Assembly (NCBI GenBank): GCA_028534125.1
Contig: CM052817.1
Location: 3,474,001 to 3,538,000, forward strand
Reading direction: 5' to 3'
Length of the DNA: 64,000 bases
Source: Lama glama
Taxonomy: Eukaryota
Shown here: piece by piece, positions 38,923 through 51,831 of the stretch
How positions within the stretch are numbered: position 1 is the stretch's first letter
Layout of the letters: the number at the start of each line of letters is the position of its first letter
Notes under the pieces: generated by a model
Databases searched by the model: none
What the model saw: the letters and a program-made list of their open reading frames with translations, nothing else
What the model was told of the DNA's origin: nothing
Made by a program: the position numbers and the translations under genes

Positions 38923-39114
38923 CAGTGGGACTCAAACTCCAGGAGTGCCAGCACCCCTTGCCCTGAGACGGCAAGAAAACACTGTGCTGGGCCTGACCCC
39001 GGAGCTTCTGATTCAGCAAGTCTGGGGCGGGGCCTGAGAATCTGCGTTTCCAGCAGATCCCAGGTGAGGCAGATGCTGCTGCTGGTCCAGGGAACCCAAC
39101 TTTGAGAACCACTG
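38923..39114. mobile_element. MER5A hAT-Charlie element
   Basis: cagtgggactcaaac...tctgattcagcaagtctggggcggggcctgagaatctgcgtttc...ctttgagaaccactg; flanks ctccagag/tcctagaa resemble the CTCTAGAG-type target. Confidence 0.92.
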
Positions 39115-39356
39115 TCCTAGAATGCTTTCCCCACCCTCTCTCGACCTCTGACCATAACGGAGGAAGCTCCGAGATGGGGTTCGGGGTCCATGCACCCCTC
39201 CGCTCTGCCAGGCCATGAACGTAACTCCTCAGTTACCCCAGAGCACTGAGCAGCCTGGGCTGCATCTGTCTTGTCACCGCTAGTCGCCCCAGGACTGGGC
39301 CCAGTCCCAGACATCAGGGGTCAGCACATACCCGCAGAGTGGAGCAGATACTGTGA

Positions 39357-39490
39357 CAGAAGGTCTCAGAGTATGTTCCATGAGCAGGAACTAGGGGTGC
39401 CTGGAATAGTGTCCTCCCGTCACGTAAGTCTGGGAGACAGAGGGTTAGCTTCTGCTTCTTTACAGGACTTGTCAGGGCCTTTGATGGCCC
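39357..39490. mobile_element. Second fragment of the same hAT-Charlie-type family as 32571-32830
   Basis: gtaagtctgggagac...ctttacaggacttgtcagggccttt. Confidence 0.55.
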
Positions 39491-39599
39491 ATAGACAAAG
39501 CAAATCTTGAAGGGGCCACTGAATGCAAACCCTCCACTTGCACGACTGAGGATCCCTTTTTACAAAGAGCAACTCCCATCCCAAGGAGCCTGTTGTTTA

Positions 39600-39900
39600 C
39601 AAGGGCTAACAGCACTCACTCACACACACACAATTTTACATACATGGGACCAAACCCAGCCAGCGTCCAGGCACCAGCTCCTCTCGAGGCCTGTTCCCCA
39701 GGCACAGAGACACGCACTGCGTCGGTGGCTGCAGAGACTTCATGTCTTTAACCAGTCCCCAGCAGGCAACTGTTCGGGTCCTTAACAACTTTTCACCATT
39801 ATAACCAATGACAAGAGGCACTTTCTTGTATCTATACATCTGGTCACTCGCCCAAGTGTGTGCTGCTTTGAAGAACTTCAGGACACGGAAAAGTTCTATC
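39600..39900 (-). mobile_element. Old L1M fragment
   Basis: tttaaccagtcccc...caacttttcaccattataaccaatg...cttgtatctatacatct resembles reverse L1M ORF2/3'UTR. Confidence 0.45.
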
Positions 39901-40629
39901 CCAGGATGTGCGGTGGGTCTGGACACAAACAACAGAACCTGTGTGCCTTGGAGTCATGGGTTCATCCCTGGGCCTCACTGGGTCCCTGGACTCCGACACT
40001 GTACACAGAGCTGTGGGGGCAGCCCCGCTTTCAGAGAATTCTCCAGGGACTGTGGGGCCCCCAACAAGGAAGCCTCACCCCATGGTCTGTCCCTCTCACA
40101 TCCCACTCATACTTCTGCCCGGCCACCGTCCAGCCAGCCTGGCCAGACAACAGGGACAGATGACAACATCTCAGAGGAACCCGTCCTTCCCCAGGGCAGG
40201 AGCCCCCACCCTCCTGTCCCTGCTGCTGGGCGTCTGGTGGGACCCCTCCCAGGAAAGCATCTTGGGCAGCAGCCCCTGTCACTCACTTCATCTCTGAAGG
40301 GCCCCCTGCACCTGGGTAAGATCTTTCCCGGCTCCTCCTCCTCTTCCACCTGCTGTGATGAACTTGCCCGATTCCATCCCCTCAGCGACCTGCCGTGGAA
40401 GGAGCCAGAGACGGGATTTCACAGATGTATTTAGGACTTAAGAATGGAGCTCTCAGCAGAGCGTGGCCTCCGGGCCCCAAGTCTGTGACAACCTGGCAAC
40501 GGGCTAATTTGCACACATACCCCAATCCCTCCCCATGCACAGATGGGGAAACTGAGGTCTGAAGATATCCTCCTTGCCGACCTAACCCAGTTCTGTCCTG
40601 GGAGGCAACATGCTCAGCTGAGATACCGA

Positions 40630-41025
40630 CCTCCCCAGACCCCATGGCTCTGGGAGAGGCTACGTGACCTAGCAGTGACCCACAAGACAGACGCCAAAGT
40701 CACTGGGGGGGCTTCTGGGATAGTTTTTTGAGAGGCTAGGCTCTCTGGAAGTTTCCCTTCCCTCCTAACCTCCTTATTCACTTCCTGCTTGGAATATAAA
40801 CATGATGCCTGGAGGTGTGGCAGCCACTCTGCAAACCAAGGATGAAGCTGTATGTTGAGGAGAGCAGGGCAGGAAGGCAGAAGGGGCCTGGGACAGAAGC
40901 CTCCCCCTCAGCACTGGCTGGCTCACCCTAGACATATTCCAGCGTGGGACACACCCCCCCCTAAACAACTGAACCACCAGTGGCCAGTAGCTCCCCACAG
41001 CAAGGCGCTGAACTGAATTCCAATC
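40630..41025 (+). mobile_element. MLT1J-like LTR
   Basis: gggggcttctggga...cttcctgcttggaatataaacatgatgcctggaggtgtggcagccactctgcaaacc...gagcagggcaggaaggcagaagg. Confidence 0.75.
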
Positions 41026-41564
41026 GGATGGACCAGAGCCAACTGGAAACTGATGCCAAAGGGACCAAGAGAGCTTTGAAGGACACTGACGTCAGGGAGA
41101 GAGGTAACGTTCTGGGACCCCCTGCCACGCCCCAGACACCAGTCTAAATTATTTCTTCACAACTAGCCAATCAGGGCACCACCAGACAGTATCCTAGCCA
41201 ACTCTAGAAAGGAACACTGAGGCTTAGGGAGGAGGGCTCTCCCACCCGGAGCCACAGATGCTGTGAAAATACCAGAGCAAATTCAGCATCCTGGGCATCT
41301 TGTTTCAAATCTTTCCCCCCTACTGCATTTATCATCGCCCTCAGCCCGAGAACAGCATGCTACAGCTCACGGGGAGGCCTCCTGCACACCGACAACCAGA
41401 CAAGGCAAAATGTAGCCTTCGGCCCCCAGCCCATCCTCCATGCTGTCAATACAGGTGTGCACACTTCTTTAAAAAAAAAAAACTCTCCTGTTTGTTCAAT
41501 TCCCTAGAAAATTTTATGATGACTCCTCACAAAACAAGTTCTTCCAGAATTCATCCCTTCGCTC

Positions 41565-41768
41565 AGCAGAGCCCAGAGGCAGAGCAAGAGAAAAGGACAG
41601 AGCTCAGAAGACACTGTCTGAGCCCCTGGATAGAGCCACACTTGAAGCTAGATCTACCCCCAGAATTTTCCATCATGCAACGCTGTATATACTTCTTTTT
41701 CCCTTTTTTTCCCCCATAGTTTAAACTGGGCATCTGTCATCTGCAAATAAAAGATATTACCCTAATGC
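41565..41768 (+). mobile_element. MLT1K-like LTR 3' part
   Basis: tgagcccctggatagagccacacttgaagctagatctacccc...tctgtcatctgcaaataaaaga...ctaatgca. Confidence 0.7.
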
Positions 41769-42714
41769 ATCCACTTTAGAGATGAAGAGACTGATGTCCA
41801 AAGAACTCTGTCTTAGCCTGAGTCATTCAGCTTCTTGGTGGCAGAGCAGGGACGAGGATTCTGCTCTAACGCCCAGCATCCTCGCCATGTTCCACCTGGC
41901 CTGGGGCTGCTGCCCTCAGCCGACTGGCCAGCGCCCGGCACCGCGGCAGTGCAGGCAGGACTATTTTAAAAGGCTGAGCTCCTTCTGCCTTCAGTGAAAG
42001 CCTGAGTTTCTCTTATTAGGTGGCAAAGCAAAAGGGAACGCGCTGTTCTTGGCAGACACACATCGACTTCTAAACAGCCCCAACTGCGGCTGCAACGGTC
42101 CCGCGCGCCCAGATGTTTTCCAGCCTCTTCGCACCCTGGCATCTCCCGCCCCTCAAACACGTGAAAGGCCTCAGGCTGGCTGCGTCCGCCCTATCCTTAT
42201 CTCATAGGCAAACCTCCTCGGCAGCTGCCTCACTGCCGGGGAGACCTGCAGAACGCCAGGAGACGTGTAGAAGATAATCGCTCCCCGGGACCCAAAGATG
42301 CGTCTCGCGGACACAAGTCCTGGGAAGTCTCCACGGAAACACACAAAAATGCATGCTGTTTTTATTAGTACTCAAGAGGAACCGTCTCTGGAAGAAGCCG
42401 CTCCTTTTAAACCACACCAGAGAGCCAGTGTGTTTCTTGTTAAAGAGAATATGCGGGGTTTTTTAAATTACGGATGGAGCAACCGACAGAAAAGAAACCT
42501 TCAGAGTCCAGGAGGCCCAGGTGATGCGATCACGGCTGGGCTGAAGCGGACTGTCACCCTTTCCTTGTGCGAGACTCGTTCTTGCCTCAGCCCACTGAGG
42601 GCAGAGTCCTGCATGTGGGGGCGCTGGTTGATGAATCCAGCTCTTACTGGGGAAGAGGAATCTGCAGTGTCTCCTTTGCTGTTGTTCACACACATCCGTA
42701 CTGCGGCGGGGAGG

Positions 42715-42870
42715 GAAACTGGGTTCAAATTTGGCCCCTCCACGTACCCACGAAGGCCTTGAGCAGCTTACTTCCCCTCCACCTTTACCTTCTCAACTGT
42801 AAAATGGGCATCTAATAATACCTAACTCCTAGGAAACTGAGGCTGAAAAGCCTTTGATGAGCACCTGGCC
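42715..42870 (+). mobile_element. MIR SINE
   Basis: ctgggttcaaatttggcccc...ctcaactgtaaaatgggcatctaataatacctaactc. Confidence 0.85.
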
Positions 42871-42887
42871 CGGAGTGCACTCTCACA

Positions 42888-43382
42888 GATGGTGGCTATG
42901 TAAGGATAAAGAAGGCCACGAGCGCACTGACGCTGCTCCCATCGAGAGTTGAAACCCACAGCCCCTCCCCTTGAACCTGGAACAGCTCTGTAGCTTCCCC
43001 AGCCATCGAAAACAGCAGAAGGGACACACGACGGCTTCCGCCCTTTTGCCTTTTGGAATGCTGGTTCTTGGGGCCGTCATGATGGGAGGGAGCCCAGACC
43101 CATGAAGGGGCCACACGGGGAGAGGGCGACACCAGCCAGCCCCGAGCCGGCACAGCCGTTCCAGCCCAGGCACCTGAAACAGAAGTGAGGACGCCGTCGT
43201 GGACGCCCAGCCCGGTAGAGCCTTCCGTGACTCCAGCCCCACCACCAGGTGACCACAGCCAAGCGGGACCTGTGCAGATGGGACCAGTCAACCATGTAAC
43301 TGTTACAACAGGTGACAGTTTTAAGCCACTGAGATTTGGGGCTGTTTGTTTCTAAAGCGTCATCTAGACGTCCTGATAAAAA
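42888..43382 (+). mobile_element. MLT1G/H-like LTR
   Basis: aaagaaggccac...ctcccatcgagag...cccctccccttgaacctgg...ttttaagccactgagatttggggctgtttgtt. Confidence 0.75.
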
Positions 43383-43829
43383 CTCAGTGTCCACCCACCA
43401 CAGCCAAAGTGACTCACAATAGCAGTTTAGGGGTCTGAGATGAGTCAGAGGAGGTGGTTAAAACTCTGCTGGCCTGACCGAGTCACGACCCCTCCAGCCC
43501 CAGACACAAGCACCCAGGGGCCCCGTCCCTGGAGGTGCCACCATGCCCCGTCCTAACTCGGGCCATCCTTTCCCACAAAGACCACGAGAGGAGCTGTCTG
43601 CAACATCTGTCCTCCTGATGTTTTGATGATGTATTTGTTTTGCAAAACTCTGAGTGGAGCATAGAGCTTCAAATACTACAAATACTACAAGAAAACTGTC
43701 CACCTGGGAAGAGGAATGAAATTAAATAAGGGACAGAAACCTCTAAAAATCAAGCCAAGATGGGAAAATAGAGAATGAGACACACCAGGTGCCAAGCCAA
43801 GGCCACACAGCTAGTGATACCGATAGCCA

Positions 43830-44030
43830 CCGCCGTTTTCAAAGTGCCTTCGCACGCCAGGCACTTTCGGCCGAGGTCTCTAGTGCTCATAAGACACCGT
43901 CAGGAAAAGGCCATCTTCTTTTTTACAGATGAGGCACTGGAGGCCCAGAAAGGTTAAGCAACTTGCCCAAAGTTACACAGCCAGGCCACACACCCAGTGT
44001 TTGGAAGATAAAGTCTGAATCCAACCAGCT
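43830..44030 (-). mobile_element. MIR SINE
   Basis: ttttacagatgaggcactggaggcccagaaaggttaagcaacttgcccaaagttacacagc. Confidence 0.9.
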
Positions 44031-46703
44031 GCCCCGTGCTGCCCCATGCAGCAGGAGGAGGGTGTGGCCTGTAACCTCAGTTACCACACGTAGCGCACCC
44101 TCCAAGCAGCAAGACCTCCGCCATCCAGCCCTACCGTGACCGGCACGGTCACGGAATTACCCCAATCTACAGGCAAGCACCCTGGCCTTGGGAAGGCTCA
44201 CACGCACGGGGCGCAGGGGCCTCCCCGCTATGTAAGTGCTGGGGCTCGGATGTCGGGTCCCGATGCCCCGCCCGGGGTTCCCCTCCGTCAGGGTGCTCTG
44301 CATGGAGGGAGGAGTTCGGCTGTTTAGGTGGCCGGTGTTTTGGGCAAGGGGAGGATTAGGGCAAGAAGGAGCCGTGCCCTCCAGGGATGTAGATTCTAGT
44401 CACAAGAAGGGATTAGGAAGCACTTCCCTCCCCAGCGACGCATTTGGCCCCTACGAGCCCTCAAGGCGGGCTCCCCATTGACATCCCTGGCAATGAGGAG
44501 GCAGCAGCCCAGCAAAGGCGGACACTTGGCCATGACCCTCATCCATACACGGCAGGGCCAGCCCTCCCCGGGCCTCAGTTTTACGTCCGTCAAGAGAGAG
44601 CTGCCAAGCCAGGCCTCCAGCTCCTCTAAGACTCCGTTTACGCCCAGATCCTCCAAAGAAAATATATAGGAAACGGTCCCGTGAAGACTCATAAATCTGC
44701 TTCTCTGCTTTGCTTTACGACGCCATTTAGGGTTGGCCAAACAACCTGCTGAAGAAATGTTTTTCATTATATTTTAAAGGAATGTTTGGGTACAAATATT
44801 GCATTGTTTATTCATTCCAATAATTTTCTTTTCCAAGTATTCCACTGAAAACCAGATAATGGATTTCATTACCCAGAAACATTAAAGCTTCCAATAAACT
44901 CAAAAGAAACCACTAAAGAAGAGACATCATCTAGAGGATGTAGTCCTCAGTCAGCCACTCAGCTCCACTGGGGAAAGAGCCAGCTCTGCCCTCAGGCCCC
45001 CCACTGCACCGCTCACACCTGCGGGCCCCAGGGTCCACTGGTGACTGGAGCCCTCGGGGAGCACACACCGAGTCAGAGTCAGGGCAGCACCTCCCTCACC
45101 AAGGCTTTCAGAGCAAGGGTCTCACCTCTGCTTGCATGGCACATACTCCCTGAGCACTGGCTCTGTGTCCCATGGAGAAGGCCGGGTGCAGAGAAATCAG
45201 ACCAGGCTTCCTGGAGGAGGAAGCAAGTGGGCAGAGCCGGGCAGGCAGGGGTCCTGCCAGTGGAGGTGGCTGGGTGGGAGGTTGCACCACTGGCAGAAAG
45301 GAACAACGGGGTCCTGGGGAGAGAGCTGGACGCTCAGCACCATCTCTGTGCGGACACAACTCCATAGACCCTCAGCGTACAAACTCCTCATGCCCGACAC
45401 GGAGGGGCGGGTGACATCGCCCTGTGGGCACCTCTCCTGGGGCGAGGCAGAGCGCTGAGCAGGGTCTCAGAATAGCAGCCACAGACTCACCTCCGGCCCT
45501 GCCTGGTGCTGCCCAGGGCCACCGTCAGGCTTCACAAGTGTGAACAAGTCCGTCCCCGCCACCAGCCCTTTGGCCTGGAGCCACTGATGGGGCCTGTGGG
45601 TTTCTTTTCTAACAACACCCTGCAGGGACCCAGAGTTATTTGGCATTCGACCCAATGAGGACACAGGGAAGAGCCGGGTGGGTGGGGGTGCTGCCATGTG
45701 ACCTGTAACCTCTGAACCCTGAAATCTACAGATTAGACACAAGAATGCTGGGTGGGGGTTTCCTGAGCGGATGTGGCCAGGTACCCCGAATGCAGACTTG
45801 GGCGCACGTGCTGGGGCACAGAGTACCCCAGCCGTGGAACCTTCCGGCGCTCTATCCAGGCGTTTTCTGCACAGCTGTGGCTTTTGGTATTGGCCCAGGA
45901 CTGACGCTAACAGTGTGGAATTGCTGATGGGCTGCTCAGCGGCCCCTTAAAACAGACTTTCAGGGAACTCTCGGTACCCAGGCCAGCATTCCAGCCACTG
46001 AGCTGGAGCATCCAAGCCCGGGTGCAGAAAACCAGGGTGGAGTCGGCATCGCAGGCCTTGGCTGACGCTTGGGCGCGAGGTGCGGCCCAGGGACTGGGAC
46101 TGGGAGTCAGGCCCCCACATCCCAGGCCCAGCCTCCCCAGAACTGCTGGAAAAATCCTGTAACCTCCCTAGGGCTCACTCGACTCATCTATAAAACGGGA
46201 CGCAAGTGCCCCTCACTAGCCCGGCCCCTCTGGGCACTGTTGCGGGGGCTGCCTCCCGGGAGGCAGGGGGGGTTACTTTTCATGTCACACCCAGAAGGAG
46301 CAGCTGCCCTTCCTGGAGCCTGTACTGTGCCCAGGCCAGTACATCTACTGTGCCCTGTCACCTCCCAGGACCCACGAAGGAGGGCTGTCCCTCCCACCTC
46401 CCAGAGACAGAGTTCCGGTGCCACAGGACTCAAACCCTGGTCCCCCTGACCCAGACCTGGGCTCTCTGCAGCAACACTGGAAGCCACTACCTTTCTGTCT
46501 CTCTTATATTTGGAGACAAAAAAAAATTCTTGACTGACCTCAGATCACTGCAGAAAGATCAGAAGCAAAATTGACTGTGGGCAAGCTGGAGTTCAGTGTC
46601 CCGCTCCCAACAGATTCTCCCCAACCCACTCCCAGCCCAAGGCCCTGACGGAGTCTCTCAGGGGCTAGAAGTCTCCCTGGAAGTCAGAGGTCACAAATCA
46701 GGA

Positions 46704-46880
46704 CCCCAGGCCAAATCTGGCCGAAAGTCAGGTTTCGTTTGACATGTGTACAATCTTAAGTTCTTTTAGGCTTGAATACCTTGAGATAGGGTGTTTCCTC
46801 CACTTTGCCCGACTCCCCACCTCTCCCTATTGTCTCCTCCAGCCCCCTTCACTCATTTACATGTGCATGTTTGGACAACT
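46704..46880. mobile_element. MER102-like hAT-Charlie fragment
   Basis: cagaggtcacaaa...caggccaaatctggcc...gtttcgtttg...cttcactcatttacatg. Confidence 0.6.
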
Positions 46881-49800
46881 GTCCCACACCCTCCTGTGTG
46901 TAGGAAATGCTCCAGCTCACGTGTAGGGAGACACAGATCTGTGGTTTCTGTCAGCTGATCAGTGCAAATGGTTTCCAAAGGCAAGAGGAGGCCACGCTGG
47001 ACCACCCTTTGCCAGTTACAGAAGGGAAAGTCCAAGCCCGTCTCAGAAGCAGCGTCACTGTGGGATCTTAACTGTCCCTCTTCACAGACCCGGCTCGTGG
47101 GCGCTGCCTCCTGTGGGAGCTGTCCCTCGGCCATGCTAGCAGCAACTGCGACTGCAACAGTTCACTTGGCCGTCACTGAATATCCGCTGAGCACACACTT
47201 TGATGCTAACACCAGAGCCTCGCTCACTGAATCCTGAGCCCTGGGAGCCCCATGGGGGGCCCTGCACCAGTTACTCGCTGTTTCCTCATCTGTAAAGCAG
47301 GGTGGTCCTGCCCACCCTTCAGGTCCCATCCCAGGGGCAGCACCCAGGCCCCTAACCCCCTGCCTGGGACACACGTCTCCACGCAGCCCAGGGCCGCCAC
47401 TCATCCTAGCCCTGCACTCACGGAACACCTGCCCACACCAACCTTGCTCTGGCACTGGGGGAGGGAGGAACTCTGACACGTGACCGATGACCCTCGTCCA
47501 GCCCAAGCCAGGAGCTCCCTAACACCCCGGGCCCAACTGAAATCCTCGCCATGGGCCGGCGCAGAGGCACTAAAACTGCTTCCATGTTATAGACAAAGAA
47601 CCAGAGGCTACCGGGGAATAACCCAAGGCCGTGTGTGGTGAGAGCCAGAGTGGAATCCAGGTCTCTCTTTGTCTAAAGCCCGAGGTACTGCAGAGGGAAA
47701 GGAAATCAGGCAGCAATAACAGGTTTGTTCTACTGCAAAGCTCACGTCAGTCCCGAAGCAGGTGCTTAGAGAGCACCAGGCCGCGTCCAGCTGACGGCGC
47801 CCACAGAGCGAGGATGCTTACTGAGTGCCAGGCCGGGCGACACCTCGCACTTTGCCCGTCACGCCAGTGGGGGTCAGGGGACTGCTAGGATTCTGCCCAT
47901 TTCCTGGTCCAGGAGACCCTGTCTATACAGGTACCACCTGGTAAGGGTGGGGCCTGCTTCCAGGCTCAGGCAGAATTGCCGGGGCGGTGGGGGGGCCTGA
48001 CCTCCGCCCTCCCTCCCCATCCGTACACCCTCCCACCTCCAGGTGATGGGGGGGCCCCGGCCACCCATACCTGCTGGAGCCTGAGCTCACCCAGGCCCGT
48101 GGGGGGCGGGGAGGGGAGGAGGGGGACACATGGGTTCCTGAGACTGCTTCCTCCCCTCCCCGCCTTCCCACACACAGACAGGGCCAGGAGCGCGGCCGAC
48201 CGTGCAGGCCTCACGTCCCCGGCTTTGCTGACTTGCATGCTAAGGCACATGGGCTCCCTCACCAACATTCTGGAACCCTTTCGCTCTGTAGAACAATACG
48301 GTTGGAAGAGCCTCTTTTGGCTGCAGCTACCTTTTCCTAATTGCCTGAAAAGGATTTGCTCTCTTTAAGCAAGAGTGTGGGGAGGCAGGTGGGGGCTGGG
48401 GTGGGAGTGGGGGGTGCAGGGGGCCTCAGCTCAGAGGCGGGCTGCCGGGGCGGTTTGACGGGGCCTTGGGTGCTCAGATCCGGGGTGCAGCGCCAAGGCC
48501 AAGCTCACACTGCGCCTACGTCTGCTTTTCAGCGCCCCTGAGCACACACGAGCCCTGAGAAGGGCCTGGCGGGCCTGCGGGGCACCCCACACTCCACATG
48601 CAGGGCAGGCGCCGGAGGGGGCGGGACAGGACGGCAGGGAGCCACGCTGAGGCCAGACGTCATCCACAACGAGAGGAACAGCACCGCCTTCAGCCAGGCG
48701 GGCCGCCGGGGGAACGACGACGCGGCCGGCCGCTCACAGCCTCACATACGAATCCTGAGAATGATCTTGGCGATAAATCACCCTGTGGGTTAGTGCCTGT
48801 GTTTAGAAAAACACCTCCCCAAACTCCTTCCGAGTGGAGGGGCCACTCCAGTGGTGCCGGGGCCTCTGCCAAGCTGGGCACGGAGAGCAGGCGGGAGGCG
48901 GGAGGCGGCAGGCCGGGAGGGCAGGGAGGCCCCCTCCCCAGATGCTCCGGAAACGGGAACTCTCCTTCCCGGTCCACGTGGGAAAGGCAGAGCGGGTCAG
49001 GGATTAACAGAGGCAAAGACACAGAGGAGACTCGGCAGCCCCGAGGCGGCGACTCCACACGGGAGAAAGGGCTAGGGTTTTCCTTCTGGCCCTGGGGCAG
49101 CCCAGGCTCGGCCAGAATCCCCGCATCCCGTCGGGCCCCCTCGTGCCCCACGGGAAGCAGGCATGAGGTCTGGCTCTGCTACCGCCCTTAGAGGCTGGGC
49201 CCCCTGCACAGACGGCGTCTGGGCACTCGGATGTCCGGAGGGGTCCACCACCCTAACTGGTAAGTGGGGTTCACACAGCCTAAACAGTTTTTGCAAGTGT
49301 GGGCTCCACTGAGCACCCACCACCCGCCTGGGAGGCTGGAATTTTGGAAAATCTGCATGTGACAGGCTCCCAGCAAACACCCTGGGCTTTTCTGGTGGAC
49401 CAGTCTTTCCGTGAGTTGTCGCAGCCGGATGCTGGGTGCGTCCCATGCAGCTGTGCCCAGAGGGGCCCCTGGGAGCTGGTGTCCAGTGCTCACCCTCCAC
49501 CCAGTGCAGCTGCTCCCTTTGCTTTAGCTCCTGCCCTGGAATACGTTACAGCTGAGTAGGACTGTGCGCCCAGTCCCGAGTCCTCCTCCAAGTCACCCAG
49601 CGTGGGGCTGGTCTTGAGGGCCTCTTTCTCTGAGCCCCCGTTCTCCCTCAGGCGGCACATGGCTGGGGTCTCCTGACCCCCAGCGCCACCTCTGCCCCAA
49701 ACCCAAGCCCTAGAGCCAACATCCAGCCCCTGCCAACTTTTAATGCTCAAAGAGCAGCCTCAGAGTTGGGAGACCAGAACATTCCACATGATGACCAAGA

Positions 49801-51575
49801 GCACATGCCCCCGGAATCTGTACCGGGGGGTGAGGGAGCCGGTGGGGCCCTCCCTGGCAAGCTGAACCCAAGCCCCCGCCCCACAGTGAAAGACAATCCC
49901 TGAGGAGTGGACCCAGGGCTGGAGCTGTAAACGCACGGCTTGGGGCTCCAGCTGACGATTCACTCAGAGGACCAGGGACGATGTCCCTCCAGAAACTCAC
50001 TGGAACGTGCTGCAGCCAATCTGCCGCTGGGCTTCTGGGGGTCATTCCATTTGGCTAGCATTTTCCTGGGCTAAGTGACAAGCCACGGGGCACAAGGACA
50101 CGTCCACAGCTAAGTCTGGTATGAGATCAAGTAGGTGCCATCTCAAATTCTGGGAGAAATGATGGGCAGGGGGTTGGGGCAGGGGTCATCTGGGCCAGGG
50201 GTCCAGGGAAATCTTTACCCAAGAGCTGACATTCGCACTGGGTCTTGAAGTGTGATTGGCTTTGGAAAGCAGGATGGAGGTGGAGACATTTATTCCCAGA
50301 GAGAGCAAAGGACAGGAAAGTCCTATCAGCTGGCCACAGCAGAGAGGAAGGCGGGGTTGAGGCTAGCAGGGTGGACGACGCACATCGGGGCAAAGATTCC
50401 GGGGCTGAATCAGGAAGCAGCGGAGGCCTCCCAGGCTCCAGAGCAGAGCATCCAGTCAACCCTCATCCAGCTGCTTCCACGGGGCGAGCCTGAACTTGGC
50501 TGCCCACGGAGGGTGGGAGGAGGGCCTGGCTGGACCCATATGGTGACTGGGGGGGTCTGGGAGGCTGAAGCCAACCAGGTGATGCAATAACCAAGAGACA
50601 TCCCAGTAGGTAACTTCCTTAATCGACCAAAGCGTCAGCCACTCAGGTCCTGCCCGTGTGTTCACATCCCCACCACCTGGCGCAGAGAGGACACCCGACA
50701 TGGTCAACCAAAGGGCCAGACGGCCAGGAGCGGGCATCTCGAAACTAAGCAGACACGCAGGAAGACCACTCCTCCGCCCCCGCTCACCCACTCACTTGGC
50801 AGCCCCACCCCATCAGCAGGGGGTTCGGAGGGTTTGGAGGTGCGCCCGAGACGGAGCGTGGAAGAGACCACAGTGAGCGGGGGAGACGGGGGAGCGGCAT
50901 CCAGCACTGCGGCTTTCAGGGTCTCCTGTGTACTATTTTGTTTCTCACGACAAAGTGCCTCCTCTGCCAGGCCACTCACACAGGGTGCAGGGAGGGAGTG
51001 GTCTGCGTGGTCACGACTGTGTCCCCAGAGCCCATCACAGTGCCTGTCGAAGAAGAGCAGCTAAGAGGTATGTGGTGAAAGAAAAACTGAGTCGACAAGA
51101 GCCGGGGGGCCGGCCCCTTGCTCCCGTGTCAAGGTGAGCAAAGTGAGCATCCAGATGGCCTGACCAGGACCACTCAGCTCGTGGTGACCAGAGGACAACA
51201 AGCCCCAACTCCTTCTCCGTGGTGCTGGCCAGGGTCCAAGAGGGACACAGAGAGCAAGGCCTGGACAGAGGGGAGAAGCGGGGGCCTCACAAAACTGGGT
51301 GCCCTTGGTCCATCAGCCAGGTCCCCACAAGCCCTCCTCTCCCTCCCGGGCAGCAGGAAATGAGGACCTCTGGAAGGAACTCTGAGGCTGACAGGGGCTC
51401 ACGGAGGGCAGGGGAGAGCAGGGCGGGCGTTTGCAGGCACGTGCAGGGTCGCACTGCCTCTCTGCTTCCAGCCACCCTGGGCAGTGAGTGCTGCAGGAAC
51501 GATCATGCCCCACGGGGCGCAGAAGGGTGGAGACCCGGGGGTTATGCAACCAGCCAGGGTCCCAGGCTGCTGGGG

Positions 51576-51831
51576 TAGGCTGCAGATTTAGCAAATAAAA
51601 ATACAGGAGCCACAATTACATGCAGATTTCAGACAAACAGCAGATTATTCAAGACATTTCTTATTCTAAGGATGTCCTTTGCAATATCTGAATTTGAAGT
51701 TTGCATAAACAATTTTTTTAGTAGAAGCACATCCCAAATACTACATGAGACATGCTTACACTTACAAGTATTTGTTGTTTACTTGAAATTCAAATTTAAC
51801 TGAGCATCCTCAGTATTTTCTCTGGCCACCT
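51576..51831. mobile_element. MER53 palindromic hAT MITE with an internal duplication
   Basis: cagatttagcaaataaaaatacagga ... tatttgttgtttacttgaaattcaaatttaactgagcatcc..gtatttt.tctggccacc; the arms are inverted complements. Confidence 0.85.
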
